Shown here: piece after piece, positions 63,450 through 64,000 of the stretch | Layout of the letters: every line of letters begins with the position of its first letter | How positions within the stretch are numbered: position 1 is the stretch's first letter | Origin: a virus | Strand: one strand, 5' to 3' | DNA length: 64,000 nucleotides | Virus record (IMG/VR): IMGVR_UViG_3300045988_122854 | The notes under the pieces: generated by a model | Told to the model about the DNA's origin: nothing | Seen by the model: the letters and a program-made list of their open reading frames with translations, nothing else | Database searches by the model: none | Made by a program: the position numbers and the translations under genes

Positions 63450-64000
63450 TGGGAACATTATTCTCAACTGTTTATAATCGCTTTCTAAACAAGGTTACTG
63501 ATGATATGTATCTGGAATTAACTCCCGAAAATACTTTAAGAGATTTATAGAATCTTATAATAGATGCTATTCCTGGATTTGAATTTCCGCGAAAAAATCT
63601 TTTAGATTATAATTTAGATGTCGCTACTATTAATGAATCTGATGCTGCACCTGATGATTTCATTGTAGGAACAGTATGGGGAGAGCTTCCAGAACCGGGT
63701 GAAGAACCTCAAGTTTTAGTTGATAGATCCAGTTTTAATTGTGATCTAACTGAAGAAGAAATTAATATTCTAGCTATTTTAATGATGTGTGGTTGGACGC
63801 AAAGACAGGTCACTTCAATTGAGAATACTCGAATGAAATATAGTGGCTCTGATTTTAAATTTACTTCTTAGGCAAATCATTTATCAAAGTTATTAAATTT
63901 GTTAGGTGAATGCCAAAGACAATCTCACCATATGTAGCGTTTATATAAACGTAGACGTTTAAACGACAAAGGTGAGTATGAATCTAACTGGGATGTATTT
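63450..64000 (+). CDS. Hypothetical structural protein (partial; continues beyond the window; at least 2 TAG)
   Basis: GTG 63450 after a GGAGGG RBS; reading continues to the window end through TAG codons. Confidence 0.35.

Overview
This 64-kb window reads as part of a tailed double-stranded DNA phage (Caudoviricetes) or phage-like element. The host appears to be a low-GC Gram-positive (Firmicutes-type) bacterium. Evidence for that: near-consensus TTGACA-N17-TATAAT promoters on both strands, AAGGAGG-type ribosome-binding sites, and an AbrB/SpoVT-type regulator gene.

TAG is not a stop here. Many genes on both strands are interrupted only by in-frame TAG codons while TAA and TGA still terminate. 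A conserved DUF559-type motif (DGxQH, from memory of the family consensus) places the TAG codon at the Gln position in two genes.

The window has three blocks with different base composition:

(i) 1-34.2 kb is AT-rich (about 30% GC) and transcribed leftward. It carries a tRNA plus a tRNA-like element under a phage promoter. It then carries an operon that looks like a RiPP (ribosomally synthesized, post-translationally modified peptide) biosynthetic cluster. That operon encodes a roughly 245-aa precursor with a long leader and a Tyr/Ser/Asn-repeat core, two radical-SAM enzymes (one with a SPASM domain), a radical-SAM/GT2 glycosyltransferase fusion carrying at least 8 in-frame TAG codons, a YcaO-domain protein, and accessory genes. 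Beyond it are many small accessory genes, each behind a conserved AT-rich promoter of about 45 bp, including an HNH endonuclease, a metallophosphatase, a zinc-finger+DUF559-like endonuclease, a lipoprotein and two paralogous large zinc-ribbon proteins. A short rightward module at 31.8-34 kb encodes an RHH regulator, a helix-turn-helix protein whose 3' end overlaps a GGGACAT heptamer array, and a small hydrophobic peptide.

(ii) 34.7-51.9 kb is a GC-richer island (about 45-50% GC) of small leftward genes, each with a TGnTATACTATAAT-type extended -10 promoter. It includes a DEDDh exonuclease, an HAD-type nucleotidase and the AbrB-like regulator. About every 2 kb it is punctuated by 7-8 copies of a face-to-face promoter / GC-hairpin module that predicts cis-antisense RNA pairs.

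(iii) 53-64 kb is a rightward late/structural module (large terminase, portal, scaffold-like and capsid-like proteins) driven by a perfect consensus promoter and riddled with in-frame TAG codons.

No rRNA, no CRISPR array and no integrase were seen in the window.
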